This document shows positions 1-9,821 of a stretch of 64,000 bases of DNA, one piece after another. Under the pieces are notes generated by a model that saw only the letters and a list, made by a program, of their open reading frames with translations, was not told where the DNA came from and searched no databases. This DNA is from Minisyncoccota bacterium (GTDB lineage: Bacteria; Patescibacteriota; Minisyncoccia; UBA6257), in NCBI GenBank assembly GCA_028694995.1, contig JAQVJU010000001.1, positions 80,492 to 144,491 of the forward strand. Direction: 5' to 3'. Numbering within the stretch: position 1 is the first letter of the stretch; every line of letters starts with the position of its first letter. A program made the position numbers and the translations under genes.

Positions 1-1284
1 AATTCCTTACCAAAATCACAACAAGAAATTGTAGTTTCTTTAAACCAAAAAGATCTTTTACCTTTTAAAGAAATTGCTTTAAAAGAATTGAATAAAGACC
101 TTCAAATTAATGGTTATCGTTTAGGCAAGGCTCCTTTGCCTATTGCTGAAAATCATCTTTCTCCGATGAAAGTTTCTGAAAGAATGGCTGCTTTGGCAAT
201 AGAGAAAATGTATCCTGAAATCATTTTAGAAAACAATATTCAGGTTATAGGTCGTCCAAATATTTACATCACAAAAATTGTTCCTGGTCAAGAGGTGGTG
301 TTTAAGATTGAAATTACCGTGATCCCTGAGATTAATTTGCCTGATTATCAAACAATCGCAAGGAACACTCAAAAGAAGAATGGGGATAAATTAACAATAA
401 CTGATAAAGAGATAACCGAAGCTCTTTCTTGGCTTCAAAACTCTCGCGCTGTTTTACAAACAGTAAATCGTCAAGCAAAAATTGATGATATTATTACTAT
501 TGATTATCAAATCAAAGAAAACGAAAATACTATTCCTCATGGCGAGGATAAGAATTATTCTTTTATTCTTGGAAAAGGAAATTTTATTCCTGGGTTTGAA
601 GACAATTTAATCAAGATGAAACCTGGAGATAAGAAAAACTTTGAAATTATAGTTCCTAAAAATTGGCCTGAAAAAAAACTTCAAGATAAAACTCTAGATA
701 TAGAGGTATCTTTAAAAGAAATTAAGATAAAAGAATTACCTGATTTAGATGATAAATTTGCTCAAGGTGTAGGTAAATTTAAGAACATGGAAGAATTGAA
801 AAAAAATATTAAAGATGGGTTATTAATAGAAAAACAACAAAAAGAAAAAGAAAAATGGCAAGCTGAAGTTTTGGAAAAAATATCTTCTGAAACTCAAATT
901 GAAATCCCAGAAATACTTGTGGAAAGCGAGTTGAACATTATGATTGGAGAATTAAGAAACCAACTAAATCAGATTCAATTACCTTTTGAAAAATACCTGG
1001 AACAAATTAAAAAAAATGAAGAAGATTTAAAGAAAGACTTAAAAGAATTAGCAAAAAAAAGAGTTGTTTCTTCTTTAGTTTTAAGAGAAATTGCTTCTTT
1101 GGAAAAAATTGAAGTTACAGAAAAAGAAATCCAAGATAAAATCAATGAAATATTAAAACAAATTCCAACACCTGAAATTAAAGAAAAAATCAATCAAGAA
1201 GATTTAAAAGAATTTGCTTTAAGTATTATTCGTAATGAAAAAGTTTTTAATTTTCTAGAGGGGCAACAAAGCCAGGGCAAATAA
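1..1284 (+). CDS. tig: Trigger factor (5' partial; reading frame is open to window start)
   Basis: The ORF track protein resembles trigger factor in both its N-terminal ribosome-binding and PPIase regions. The frame-1 translation remains open from nt 1, so the true start lies upstream of the window. Confidence 0.8.
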   Translation, partial: NSLPKSQQEIVVSLNQKDLLPFKEIALKELNKDLQINGYRLGKAPLPIAENHLSPMKVSERMAALAIEKMYPEIILENNIQVIGRPNIYITKIVPGQEVVFKIEITVIPEINLPDYQTIARNTQKKNGDKLTITDKEITEALSWLQNSRAVLQTVNRQAKIDDIITIDYQIKENENTIPHGEDKNYSFILGKGNFIPGFEDNLIKMKPGDKKNFEIIVPKNWPEKKLQDKTLDIEVSLKEIKIKELPDLDDKFAQGVGKFKNMEELKKNIKDGLLIEKQQKEKEKWQAEVLEKISSETQIEIPEILVESELNIMIGELRNQLNQIQLPFEKYLEQIKKNEEDLKKDLKELAKKRVVSSLVLREIASLEKIEVTEKEIQDKINEILKQIPTPEIKEKINQEDLKEFALSIIRNEKVFNFLEGQQSQGK

Positions 1285-3285
1285 AATTAAAACAATTAGG
1301 CTTGCCATTGACATTGTAAAACCTATCTTATCCCAAAGATTATAAGAATAATTTAAAATTACCTCTTGCTCAGTAGGAATAACAGCCATAAAGCTAGGAC
1401 TGATTAAATAAGGACCTTTACCTCCTTTTACCTGCCAACCAGGAAAATATGTATATTTTATTAAATGAAGTTTGCCTAATTGATTAGTTTTAAAAGATAG
1501 AGAGTCTTTTTCTATCTTTATTATCTCTATTGCTGCTTGTTTATTAGATGATTCTTTAGAATTTTCCAGATTGTCTTGAATATTTTTAAGTTCTTTTTTA
1601 TTTTTATAAAAAATGATTGGTTTTGATAAATCTGTTTCTTGATACCAATCAATAGATTGATCTAGCCAATGTTTGTTTTTCAAAATTAAGTCAAAATCTT
1701 CAAGAACTTCTACTAAATCTGAATTAGGCACTTCATAAACATTAAATTCTCCAATATTGTTTAATTTAATCAGGTGTTTATCTGCTAGGTTTTTAATATT
1801 TGGAGTAAAAGCAACAAAGTATTGAGCGCCAAAATATTGTAAATGCCTGACCCCTTTTTCAAAATCAAAGGGCGGATATTTTATTCCAGCTATGGCTGCT
1901 GTTGGTGTTTCTGTAGTTTCAGCTTGATTAAGAAAATGAAAATACCCAGAAAGAGAAGATTCAATTAATAAGCCTTCAAAGGTTGGTTTGTTAATCCAGA
2001 TCGGCAAATTTTCCAAAACCCTTGGGGTGCCAAATTTATCATATTCAGAACGATATTCCCACATTACTCTACCATATGGTAAATCAACTAAATAATCAGC
2101 TAGATCCTTTACTTCAGACCAGGTTTCCTTGCTTTGAAATCCCTCATAATTCCACTTTAGCCAAAAGGAAACATAAGATATATTCTCAGGCAGATAGAAG
2201 AAAATAAAACCAATTGAACATATTAAAAGACAAATAAAAGGAAGTAATTTTTTAGTTTTTTGCAACAAATAACCCAAACCATAAGCAGCTAACATTAAAT
2301 AACCCATGATAATAAAGGGCAAAAACCTAGTATTCCAAATGCTAGAATGATTTAAAACCAAAAATGGAATTAAAGAACTAATAATAATATAAAGAAAAGG
2401 AATAATTCTTTTTTCTTTTTTGATTAAAGCTAAGAAAAAACCTAAGATAGCCAATACTTGGAAAATTATTAAAGAAGAAGGAAAAATCTCACTAAGCTTA
2501 ATTACTTTTGTCCATTGCATTTTTGAGGTATAGGGTAAAAGCGCTAAAAAGGGTAAAGACCAAAATGCTGTTAAGGCAAAAGCCAGGCCAAATACTTTTG
2601 CTAAATACCAAAAAACTCTTTTGGTTTCTTTTTGTATTATGCTTTGAATAAAAAGAATAATACCAATTAAAACTGAAACCATTACTGGAAAAGGATGAAT
2701 AAGAACCATTAAAGATAAAATCGAGATGTTTAAAATTAAATACTTGTTTTCTTTAATTCCTTTTATTAATAAACCAACAAAAATAAAGAAAAGAGCAAAG
2801 GCGCAAGAATAAGAGAATTCACCAGCTAAAGTGCTTGGTATATTACCTCCATAAATAGAGAATTCTTCTAAAAAAAGATAACTTAAACTCAATAAAGCTC
2901 CAATTGATGGAATTGGAAACTTAAAATCAAGTAAATACAAACAAAGAAATATTGATAGAGGTAATAGAAAAGTTCCTGCTAAGGTAATTAATTTAAAAGC
3001 AATATTTAAAGGGATAAAAAAGCTCAAAATCACTGTTATATAATAGAGAAGAGGAGGATAAAAGTATAAAAATGGAAAACCAGCATACCAATCAGGAGAC
3101 CACCATTTTATTTTAGGAAAAATTTCCTGAGCATAATATGCAATATAATTATGCGAACCTGTATCGCCACCAGCAATCATCGTGTCAGTAAAAACTAATT
3201 TCCAGGGAATTTGATAAATCAAAAATCCATAAACCAAAACAAACATCAAAACAATGAAAATTTTCTGTAATTTAAGATATTTCAT
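1255..3285 (-). CDS. Large polytopic membrane protein, GT-C-like (ArnT/PMT/YfhO-type) putative glycosyltransferase with C-terminal extracytoplasmic domain
   Basis: The 676 aa protein has more than 10 predicted TM helices over its first ~420 aa, followed by a soluble domain. It sits in an operon with a GT2 glycosyltransferase, and the assignment rests on architecture only. Confidence 0.45.
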   Translation of the reverse strand: MKYLKLQKIFIVLMFVLVYGFLIYQIPWKLVFTDTMIAGGDTGSHNYIAYYAQEIFPKIKWWSPDWYAGFPFLYFYPPLLYYITVILSFFIPLNIAFKLITLAGTFLLPLSIFLCLYLLDFKFPIPSIGALLSLSYLFLEEFSIYGGNIPSTLAGEFSYSCAFALFFIFVGLLIKGIKENKYLILNISILSLMVLIHPFPVMVSVLIGIILFIQSIIQKETKRVFWYLAKVFGLAFALTAFWSLPFLALLPYTSKMQWTKVIKLSEIFPSSLIIFQVLAILGFFLALIKKEKRIIPFLYIIISSLIPFLVLNHSSIWNTRFLPFIIMGYLMLAAYGLGYLLQKTKKLLPFICLLICSIGFIFFYLPENISYVSFWLKWNYEGFQSKETWSEVKDLADYLVDLPYGRVMWEYRSEYDKFGTPRVLENLPIWINKPTFEGLLIESSLSGYFHFLNQAETTETPTAAIAGIKYPPFDFEKGVRHLQYFGAQYFVAFTPNIKNLADKHLIKLNNIGEFNVYEVPNSDLVEVLEDFDLILKNKHWLDQSIDWYQETDLSKPIIFYKNKKELKNIQDNLENSKESSNKQAAIEIIKIEKDSLSFKTNQLGKLHLIKYTYFPGWQVKGGKGPYLISPSFMAVIPTEQEVILNYSYNLWDKIGFTMSMASLIVLILFALALLPL

Positions 3286-3967
3286 AATGATGAAACTTAA
3301 TTTTAAACAAGTCAGTGAACATTCTAAGCATATGCGTTAGACGAAAAGTAGAAGCAGAAAATAATTCCTGTTTGACTATAATTTCAGTAATGGGATAATT
3401 TAATTTTCTTGCTAAATATAAAATCTCTATATCAATGGCAAATTCATTGGTGATTGATGCTGCTAGAATTTTCTTTCCAGCTTGTGTGTTAAAACCTTTA
3501 AGTCCGCATTGGGTATCAAGATATTTAAAACCAAAAAGAAGATATAATATTAGATAAAGAAAAGGCCTGAATAGTTTTTTATAAAAAACATCATTATAAA
3601 ACTCTTCACGGCGAGCAATGACAATAGCATTGCCTTGTTTTAATTTCTGAAAAACTCTTTCTATGTCTTGAGCTTTAAAAGGCAAATCAGCATCTGTAAA
3701 GATAATATATTTTCCTTGGGCTTGAGCAAACCCTTTTCGCAAGCTATAACCTTTTCCTTTATTTGTTTCATTTTCTAAATAAACAATTTGTTCTTGAAAA
3801 ATATCTTTGATTTCTTTAGTATTATCTGTACTGTCATCATTAATAATAATGATTTCCGCTTGAGGAAAATATTTAATTAAAGATAAAATTGTATTTTTAA
3901 TGGTTTTTTCTGATTGATAAGCAGGAATTACAATTGTTAATTCTTTTTGCCCTTTCTTTGTGTTCAT
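3272..3967 (-). CDS. Family 2 glycosyltransferase (polyprenyl-phosphate sugar synthase-like)
   Basis: It carries GT2 motifs (LTIVIPAYQSE, IIIINDDSTDNT, FTDADL DxD-like). It overlaps the upstream membrane protein gene, consistent with an operon. Confidence 0.8.
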   Translation of the reverse strand: MNTKKGQKELTIVIPAYQSEKTIKNTILSLIKYFPQAEIIIINDDSTDNTKEIKDIFQEQIVYLENETNKGKGYSLRKGFAQAQGKYIIFTDADLPFKAQDIERVFQKLKQGNAIVIARREEFYNDVFYKKLFRPFLYLILYLLFGFKYLDTQCGLKGFNTQAGKKILAASITNEFAIDIEILYLARKLNYPITEIIVKQELFSASTFRLTHMLRMFTDLFKIKFHHYEIS

Positions 3968-4068
3968 GATAATTTTATCATATCAATTTTATTCTTATTT
4001 TACCAGAAACTATTTTACAACTATTTACAAATTTGTTATAATAAAAACTACTTAAATAAGCGTTATTT

Positions 4069-4677
4069 ATGACTAATCAAAATTCTAATAATATGGTCTT
4101 AATCCCTACTGTGATTGAGAAAACTAATATTGGGGAAAGGGTTTATGATATTTATTCCCGTCTTTTAAAAGAAAGGATTATCTTCTTAGGTGGACCTATT
4201 GATGATGCCTTAGCCAATACTATTATTGCCCAATTATTGTTTTTAGAACATCAAGATAGCAATAAAGATATTCTTTTATATATTAATTCTCCTGGTGGCT
4301 CTGTCACCTCTGCCTTGGCTATCTATGATACAATGCAACATGTTAAATGCGATGTTTCTTCTTTATGCTTAGGCATGGCTGCTTCTGGAGCAGCTGTCCT
4401 CTTAGCTGCTGGCACTAAGGGAAAAAGATTTGCTTTGCCTAATGCAGAAATTCTTCTTCATCAGGTAATGGGACAAGCCGGTGGTCAGGCAACAGAAATA
4501 GAAATTGCTGCTAAGCAAATTCTCCGTGTTAAAAAACAATTAAATCAGCTTTTAGCTAAACATACAGGACAACCATTAACTAAAATCGCCAAAGAAACTG
4601 AAAGAGATTTTTGGTTAGTACCTGAAGAAGCTAAAAAATACGGTATTATAGATGAGATTATAAAACCTAAAAAATAA
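4069..4677 (+). CDS. clpP: ATP-dependent Clp protease proteolytic subunit
   Basis: It has ClpP signature regions ([43 protein letters not shown], the catalytic Ser in GMAASGAA and the His in LHQ). An extended -10 TGTTATAAT lies upstream at about 4037-4045. Confidence 0.9.
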   Translation: MTNQNSNNMVLIPTVIEKTNIGERVYDIYSRLLKERIIFLGGPIDDALANTIIAQLLFLEHQDSNKDILLYINSPGGSVTSALAIYDTMQHVKCDVSSLCLGMAASGAAVLLAAGTKGKRFALPNAEILLHQVMGQAGGQATEIEIAAKQILRVKKQLNQLLAKHTGQPLTKIAKETERDFWLVPEEAKKYGIIDEIIKPKK

Positions 4678-4682
4678 AAAAC

Positions 4683-5849
4683 ATGTCAATTGAGACTCCA
4701 TCATTTGAAAACCTAAGAAGACAAACAGAGGAAGAAGTAACCGAAAGACTTGAAAAAGAAAGCCTACAAAGGAATATACAAGGAATGGATGAATTAAGAA
4801 GAGAACTAGATCAAGAATACAAAGAAATAGAAGAAAAGGAATACAAAGCTATTGAAGATAGAAATGAGATAGACAAAATCCAACAACAGCATGATAAACT
4901 GTCTTATTTAACTAAGGCCTATGAATTAGAATTAAAAGATATTGAACCAGATAAACCAGAATCAACATTAAAACCAACACCAAAAATAGATAAAGAAAGT
5001 ACACAGGCGCTAATAGCTAAAATAGATAATTGGAGAGAAAAATTAGATCAAGAATATGAAGAAATAGAAAAGAAAGAATACAAAATTCCTGAAGATTTTG
5101 AAGAACAGAAGATAATAGAAAAACAACATCAAAAATTATCTAATTTGGTAAAAAAACTAGAGCAAGAATTAAAAGAAGAGCCAAAAATAAAACTAAAACC
5201 AGAAAGCCCTTTGCCATCTTCAGAGGAAGAGTTTAAAGAATCTGCTGAACTTTTAAAAACGCTTCAAGAAGCTTCTGGGTATGAAGAAATATATGAAACT
5301 GAAGAACAAAACGATAAGAAAAACCAAGAAGAAAGCTTGGCAAAAGATACAAGTAAATCAGAAGCTGTTGAGCAAGAGAAAAAAGACAATGAAATAGAAA
5401 AAATAGAACTAGAGCTAAAAAGAACAGCTTTTAGGCATGGAAAAGACACTGAAAATATATGGCACCCAGATAATGTATGGCAACATATAAAAGACTCTTC
5501 TAATATATTTAATGATCCAGAAAAACAAAAGGATTTGATGGCCTTAAAAGATGATGTTGAAAAAATAGCAGAGGAAACAGATAATGCTTTTGAAAAACAT
5601 CCTCGTGCAATAAATAATGCATTTAAATTTATTAAAAAACAAGGAAAGAAAGGATTTGAAAAGCTTGGAACAATGAGCAAGAAAGGACTTGAAGTAATGG
5701 GGAAAGCAGGAAAAAAAGGAATTGAATCACTCGGAACAATTCTTGGTGTCTTTGCCTCAGGGATATTATTAGTATTAATCCTTTTTATGCTTTTAGAATT
5801 AAAAGCTGTTGATAAATTAGTTGATGCTGGTGGTAAAGTAAAAATTTAA
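4683..5849 (+). CDS. E/K-rich coiled-coil repeat protein with C-terminal TM anchor
   Basis: It contains two ~55 aa tandem repeats (LDQEY[KE]EIE.KEYK...) and three KKG[FLI]E.[LM]G. repeats, plus a C-terminal hydrophobic helix GILLVLILFMLL. It lies 5 nt after clpP and is not ClpX. Confidence 0.5.
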   Translation: MSIETPSFENLRRQTEEEVTERLEKESLQRNIQGMDELRRELDQEYKEIEEKEYKAIEDRNEIDKIQQQHDKLSYLTKAYELELKDIEPDKPESTLKPTPKIDKESTQALIAKIDNWREKLDQEYEEIEKKEYKIPEDFEEQKIIEKQHQKLSNLVKKLEQELKEEPKIKLKPESPLPSSEEEFKESAELLKTLQEASGYEEIYETEEQNDKKNQEESLAKDTSKSEAVEQEKKDNEIEKIELELKRTAFRHGKDTENIWHPDNVWQHIKDSSNIFNDPEKQKDLMALKDDVEKIAEETDNAFEKHPRAINNAFKFIKKQGKKGFEKLGTMSKKGLEVMGKAGKKGIESLGTILGVFASGILLVLILFMLLELKAVDKLVDAGGKVKI

Positions 5850-5894
5850 ACAATTTAGAATATTTAAAGGTCAAAATTTATTTAAAAAAATTAA

Positions 5895-6149
5895 ATGCTA
5901 CAAAATTTTTTAAAAAACTTTCCTCCAGAATTTGAAAAAACAATTACTGATTTATATGATATTATTTTGAAACGTTCTTTAATGAGAGCTTATGAAAATC
6001 TAGAAGATGAAAAAAAGGCAATGATGGCTAAAATCTTTAACTCAGAAAATGACACAGAAAAAAAAGATTTTCTTGAGAACTATTTAGGTGATTTGAATGA
6101 TATTATGTTTGAGGAAACAGAAAAATTACTACTTGAAATAAAAAAATAA
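5895..6149 (+). CDS. Small hypothetical protein (84 aa)
   Basis: ORF only; no recognisable domain. Confidence 0.3.
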   Translation: MLQNFLKNFPPEFEKTITDLYDIILKRSLMRAYENLEDEKKAMMAKIFNSENDTEKKDFLENYLGDLNDIMFEETEKLLLEIKK

Positions 6150-6195
6150 TTCGTTGGAAAACGAATTTTTCTTTTATCGTTTATTTTTCTTATAT

Positions 6196-6270
<75 letters not shown>

Positions 6271-6377
6271 AAATAAAAAAATATATTTTTAATTTAACCT
6301 TTTTAATAATAGCAATTTTTTAAATTAACGTCAATTGACTTTCAAGAAAATATCTTTAATATAGATAATAGAGAAGT

Positions 6378-6746
6378 ATGAATAAAAAAGTATTAGCAGA
6401 ATTAAAGAAAAAATTAGAAAGCGAAAGAACTCTTTTAAAAGAGAATTTGTTAAAATTTGCTGATAAAGATAAGAAAGTCGCTGGTGATTATGATACTCGG
6501 TTTCCAAGCTTTGGCGAGCGTTCTTCTTCTCCAGATGAAGAAGCAAAAGAAGTAGAAACCTATGAAAACCTTTTGGCTATTGAATATGCCCTAGAGCTTC
6601 GTTTAAAAGAGGTTAATGAGGCCTTAGAAAGGATTAAAAACAATACTTATGGTTATTGCGAGAATTGCAATAAAGAGATTGAATTAGGTCGTCTAAGAGC
6701 TAATCCAGCAGCTAAAACCTGTCTTTTATGCACTAATAAGCCATAA
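6378..6746 (+). CDS. DksA/TraR-family C4-type zinc-finger protein
   Basis: It has a C-terminal CENCNKEIELGRLRANPAAKTCLLC four-Cys motif and an N-terminal coiled coil. A TTGACT-N17-TAATAT-like promoter is present at about 6333-6365. Confidence 0.7.
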   Translation: MNKKVLAELKKKLESERTLLKENLLKFADKDKKVAGDYDTRFPSFGERSSSPDEEAKEVETYENLLAIEYALELRLKEVNEALERIKNNTYGYCENCNKEIELGRLRANPAAKTCLLCTNKP

Positions 6747-6768
6747 ATACTAATATGTTTTATAAAAA

Positions 6769-6800
6769 GCAGTGGTAATTCAAAATACCACTGTTTTTAT
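6769..6800. terminator. Bidirectional intrinsic terminator between convergent genes
   Basis: The hairpin CAGTGGTA-attcaaaa-TACCACTG is flanked by T-runs on both strands. Confidence 0.5.
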
Positions 6801-6856
6801 TTATTAGATTAAAAAATCAGCTAATAATAGCTGATCTTAAAAACAATATTGTTAAT

Positions 6857-7876
6857 TTACTGAACAAAAGGATTTTGAGCGCCATGAACTTCAAAATGAA
6901 GATGGCAACCATTAGAGTTTCCTGTATCGCCCATTCTACCTAATAAACTTCCTTGATAAACCTTATCTCCTGCTTTTACTAAAACTTCGCTTAAATGAGC
7001 ATAAACTGTCATTGTGCCATTATTATGCTGAACTTTAACTAAATTACCATATCCTAAATTATAGGCGCCTGATCCTTTAGCATCTATTACAATTCCATCT
7101 GCCGAAGCATAGATAGGGCTACCACAAGAACTAATAATATCAACTGCATTATAATAATGAAGAACGCCTTTGTTCCAACCACCAGAAACTGGAAAAGCAA
7201 AAAAATCATCATAGCAAGACCACGAACTTGTATCTTCTTTCATTGGCGTTAATCCAGAAGAAGAAACACTTGTTGTTTTCACTGTTGTGCTTGCTGAAGA
7301 ACCTGTAGAAGCAAGAATTCCTCCAGGAATGATAATTTCTTGTCCGGCTTGGATAGATTTTTCATCTTTTAGGTTGTTAAAACTAATAATATCATCAATT
7401 GATGCCTTGTATTTTGAAGCAATCGATGATAAAGATTCTCCGCTTTTAACCTTATGAGTCACTCCAGAAACAGGTAAAATAACAAGCTCTTGGCCTGGCT
7501 TAATAACTGATTTTGAATTAAGATCATTAGCCCATAAAACAGTATTTAAGCTAATGCCAAATTGAGCTGCTATTTTCCCAGGACTATCACCTTCTTTAAC
7601 TGTATAACTAATCGTTGTATTTCTTGAAATTAAAGGGATTGAAGATTCTGTTAGAGCATTCAAGCTTAAAAAACTGCTCTCATCTACAATCATAAGATAA
7701 TCAGGGGAATCTTCATCAGTTTTTTCATTTAAATCAGTTTCTAATATTTGACTGCCATCAACACAGATATTTTCTGAATAAGCATAAGCTGTTTTTGTTA
7801 ATTGATTAACTTCAATAGTTGTTGGATTAATATTCTCTTTAATTAAAAAACCCTCTCCTTGTCTTTGAACAACCAT
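6857..7876 (-). CDS. LysM-domain M23 family metallopeptidase (peptidoglycan hydrolase)
   Basis: It has two LysM-like segments (GDSPGKIAAQFGISLNTVLWANDL; GESLSSIASKYKASIDDIISFNNL) and a C-terminal M23 signature (GYGNLVKVQHNNGTMTVYAHL ... GDTGNSNGCHLHFEVH). Confidence 0.85.
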   Translation of the reverse strand: MVVQRQGEGFLIKENINPTTIEVNQLTKTAYAYSENICVDGSQILETDLNEKTDEDSPDYLMIVDESSFLSLNALTESSIPLISRNTTISYTVKEGDSPGKIAAQFGISLNTVLWANDLNSKSVIKPGQELVILPVSGVTHKVKSGESLSSIASKYKASIDDIISFNNLKDEKSIQAGQEIIIPGGILASTGSSASTTVKTTSVSSSGLTPMKEDTSSWSCYDDFFAFPVSGGWNKGVLHYYNAVDIISSCGSPIYASADGIVIDAKGSGAYNLGYGNLVKVQHNNGTMTVYAHLSEVLVKAGDKVYQGSLLGRMGDTGNSNGCHLHFEVHGAQNPFVQ

Positions 7877-8176
7877 AATTTGCGGAGAGAGGTAATAATT
7901 ACCAAAAAGGAAAGAAAATGCAAAGAAGCCAACAACGACTTGAAACAGAGGCGTGGTTATTATTTGTTGCTTTTTATCTATTAATTTCAGTTTATTCTTA
8001 ACAATCTCTATTCCTTTATTTAATTGTGTTTTCCAAGTAAAAATGTTAATTTAGAAGCAAATGTTCTATTTAAAAAGCCTTTTTCAAGGCTTTACAGTAT
8101 TTTATCAAAAGAATTGCAAAAGTCAACCCTTTTAAAAACCTAAAGCCAAAAGGATTTTAAGAAAAATATTTGTGTT

Positions 8177-8905
8177 TTATTCAGATAGTTCGCTTGGTAA
8201 TTTTATTGTTATTGGCTGACAATTAATTGCTTGTGTTTCAGAAATTAAAGGTGTGGCTCCAAATAAACCAAAGTCACGCAGATAAGCAACAATTATATTA
8301 TTAGGCAAGTAAACACCTTTGACTATTCCAAAAGGAATTTCTGTGCTTAACCATATTTCTGTTTCATAATCATCTACAAATTTGGCAGTTTGAATTGTTT
8401 TTCCAGTTTCTGTTGTATAGGTATCATATGTGTATCTGTTTATTGAGCTGTATTTGGCCGGAGTAACTATTGTGGGTAAATAAGCGGTTAGGGTTGGAAA
8501 TAATGTTTCCATTAAAGGAACATTAACACATATTATATCTTGACCTTGTTTTTCCTTGCTTGCCATTTTTACAATCTCATCATTAGTATAATCATACCAA
8601 ACCTGAAGAACAGAACCGGAGTTATTGTAAGCATTAGGATCTGTTTCCACTCCATAAATCCGTACTCCTTCTAAAGAAGACTCTCCAAGATAAATTGATC
8701 TTTGCAAACTTTCATTGCCTTCTTCATCATAGACTATTAATTCAGACCAGGCACCTTTTTCAGGCAATAGAAATCCTGTATAAATATCTGAATCCCAGCC
8801 AAGCTTGATTTTGTCTCTCTTTGAAAAAAAGAAAACAAAAAGCAAAAGACCAATTAAGAGCGCGCTAGCAAGAATAATGATTATTTTTTTATATTTTGGA
8901 TTCAT
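8177..8905 (-). CDS. N-terminally membrane-anchored exported hypothetical protein
   Basis: The ORF track gives 8177..8983. The likely start is the internal Met (MNPKYKKIIIILASALLIGLLL...), which avoids overlap with rsmA. There is a single N-terminal TM helix. Confidence 0.4.
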   Translation of the reverse strand: MNPKYKKIIIILASALLIGLLLFVFFFSKRDKIKLGWDSDIYTGFLLPEKGAWSELIVYDEEGNESLQRSIYLGESSLEGVRIYGVETDPNAYNNSGSVLQVWYDYTNDEIVKMASKEKQGQDIICVNVPLMETLFPTLTAYLPTIVTPAKYSSINRYTYDTYTTETGKTIQTAKFVDDYETEIWLSTEIPFGIVKGVYLPNNIIVAYLRDFGLFGATPLISETQAINCQPITIKLPSELSE

Positions 8906-8969
8906 TTTAATTGTTATTTTATTAAAATTCTTTCTCAACCTTGTAAATATTTTAACATAGCCACTAATT

Positions 8970-9785
8970 TTGTCAAAACACACTATGTCATTTATTAAAC
9001 AAAAAAAATTAGGTCAGGTTTTTCTTAAAGACCAGTCTTTTGTTAATAAAATCATCAAAGCAGGGCAAATTAATGAAAAGGATTTGGTTTTAGAAATTGG
9101 CGCTGGAAAAGGAATTTTAACCCAAGCATTGTTAAAAACTAAAGCTCAAGTCATTGCTATTGAGAAAGACCCAGGGCTTGTAAAATTTCTTAAAAAACGA
9201 TTTAAAAACAATTCAAATTTAAAAATTATCCAAGGAGATATTAGGGATTTTTTAATTTCTGATTCTCAAATCCTAAAATCTAATTTTAAGGTTATAGGTA
9301 ATATCCCTTATTATTTAACCTCACATTTAATCAAGTTATTATTAGAATTAGAAAAACAACCAAAGGATATTATTTTAATGATTCAGAAAGAAGTTGCTCA
9401 AAGAATAATTCAAAAACCTTCAAAAATGAATTTATTAGCTATTTCTGTTCAATTTTATGCTCATGCTAAAATTATTTCCTATGTGCCTAAAACTGCTTTT
9501 TCTCCAAAGCCAAAGATAGATTCAGCAATTATACAAATCACTCCTTTTATTGATATTAAAAGGACAAAGGCTGCTAAGCAATCTTTTTTTAAAATTGTTA
9601 AAGCTGGTTTTAAACAACCAAGAAAGCTTTTAATTAACAATCTTTGTTTAAATCTTAAAATTGACAAAAAGATTATTGAAAAATCTTTTAAAAAACTAAA
9701 TCTGCCTTTAAATATCAGGGCTCAAAACCTATCTTTAGACCAATGGACTTGTTTATCTTTATTATTAATAAATAATAAGTTATAA
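8970..9785 (+). CDS. rsmA: 16S rRNA (adenine1518/1519-N6)-dimethyltransferase
   Basis: It has KsgA motifs (LGQVFLKD, the SAM-binding LEIGAGKGILT, and NIPYYLTSHLI). Confidence 0.85.
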   Translation: MSKHTMSFIKQKKLGQVFLKDQSFVNKIIKAGQINEKDLVLEIGAGKGILTQALLKTKAQVIAIEKDPGLVKFLKKRFKNNSNLKIIQGDIRDFLISDSQILKSNFKVIGNIPYYLTSHLIKLLLELEKQPKDIILMIQKEVAQRIIQKPSKMNLLAISVQFYAHAKIISYVPKTAFSPKPKIDSAIIQITPFIDIKRTKAAKQSFFKIVKAGFKQPRKLLINNLCLNLKIDKKIIEKSFKKLNLPLNIRAQNLSLDQWTCLSLLLINNKL

Positions 9786-9821
9786 TAATACTGAATATTA
9801 TACAAATTTATTATTAAAAAT

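Noticed and set aside
975-1193. Numerous 60-140 aa antisense or out-of-frame ORFs inside larger genes (e.g. 975-1193, 2022-2207, 5264-5680, 9479-9667, 10171-11187 set, 11606-12193, 12700-12936, 16954-17508, 18063-18377, 23712-24044, 31321-32213, 33411-33829, 35154-35348, 39783-40052, 41029-41382, 43563-43841, 44345-44542, 45131-45328, 47685-47927, 49797-50054, 50138-50320, 51712-51894, 53285-53832, 55224-56004, 58927-59136, 60680-60868)
   Set aside because: They lie embedded in or antisense to well-supported genes. They have low-complexity or hydrophobic composition typical of AT-rich reverse frames and no start or RBS context.
4700-5300. Repetitive DNA in E/K-rich genes (also 12206-13243, 32700-32958, 43200-43346) as CRISPR or tandem-repeat loci
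   Set aside because: The repeats are in-frame, codon-level low-complexity coding sequence (GAA/AAA-rich). There are no regular spacer-repeat units and no cas genes.
4683-5849. Possibility that the gene after clpP is clpX
   Set aside because: There is no AAA+ Walker motifs or zinc-binding N-domain. The sequence is an E/K-rich coiled coil with a C-terminal TM helix.
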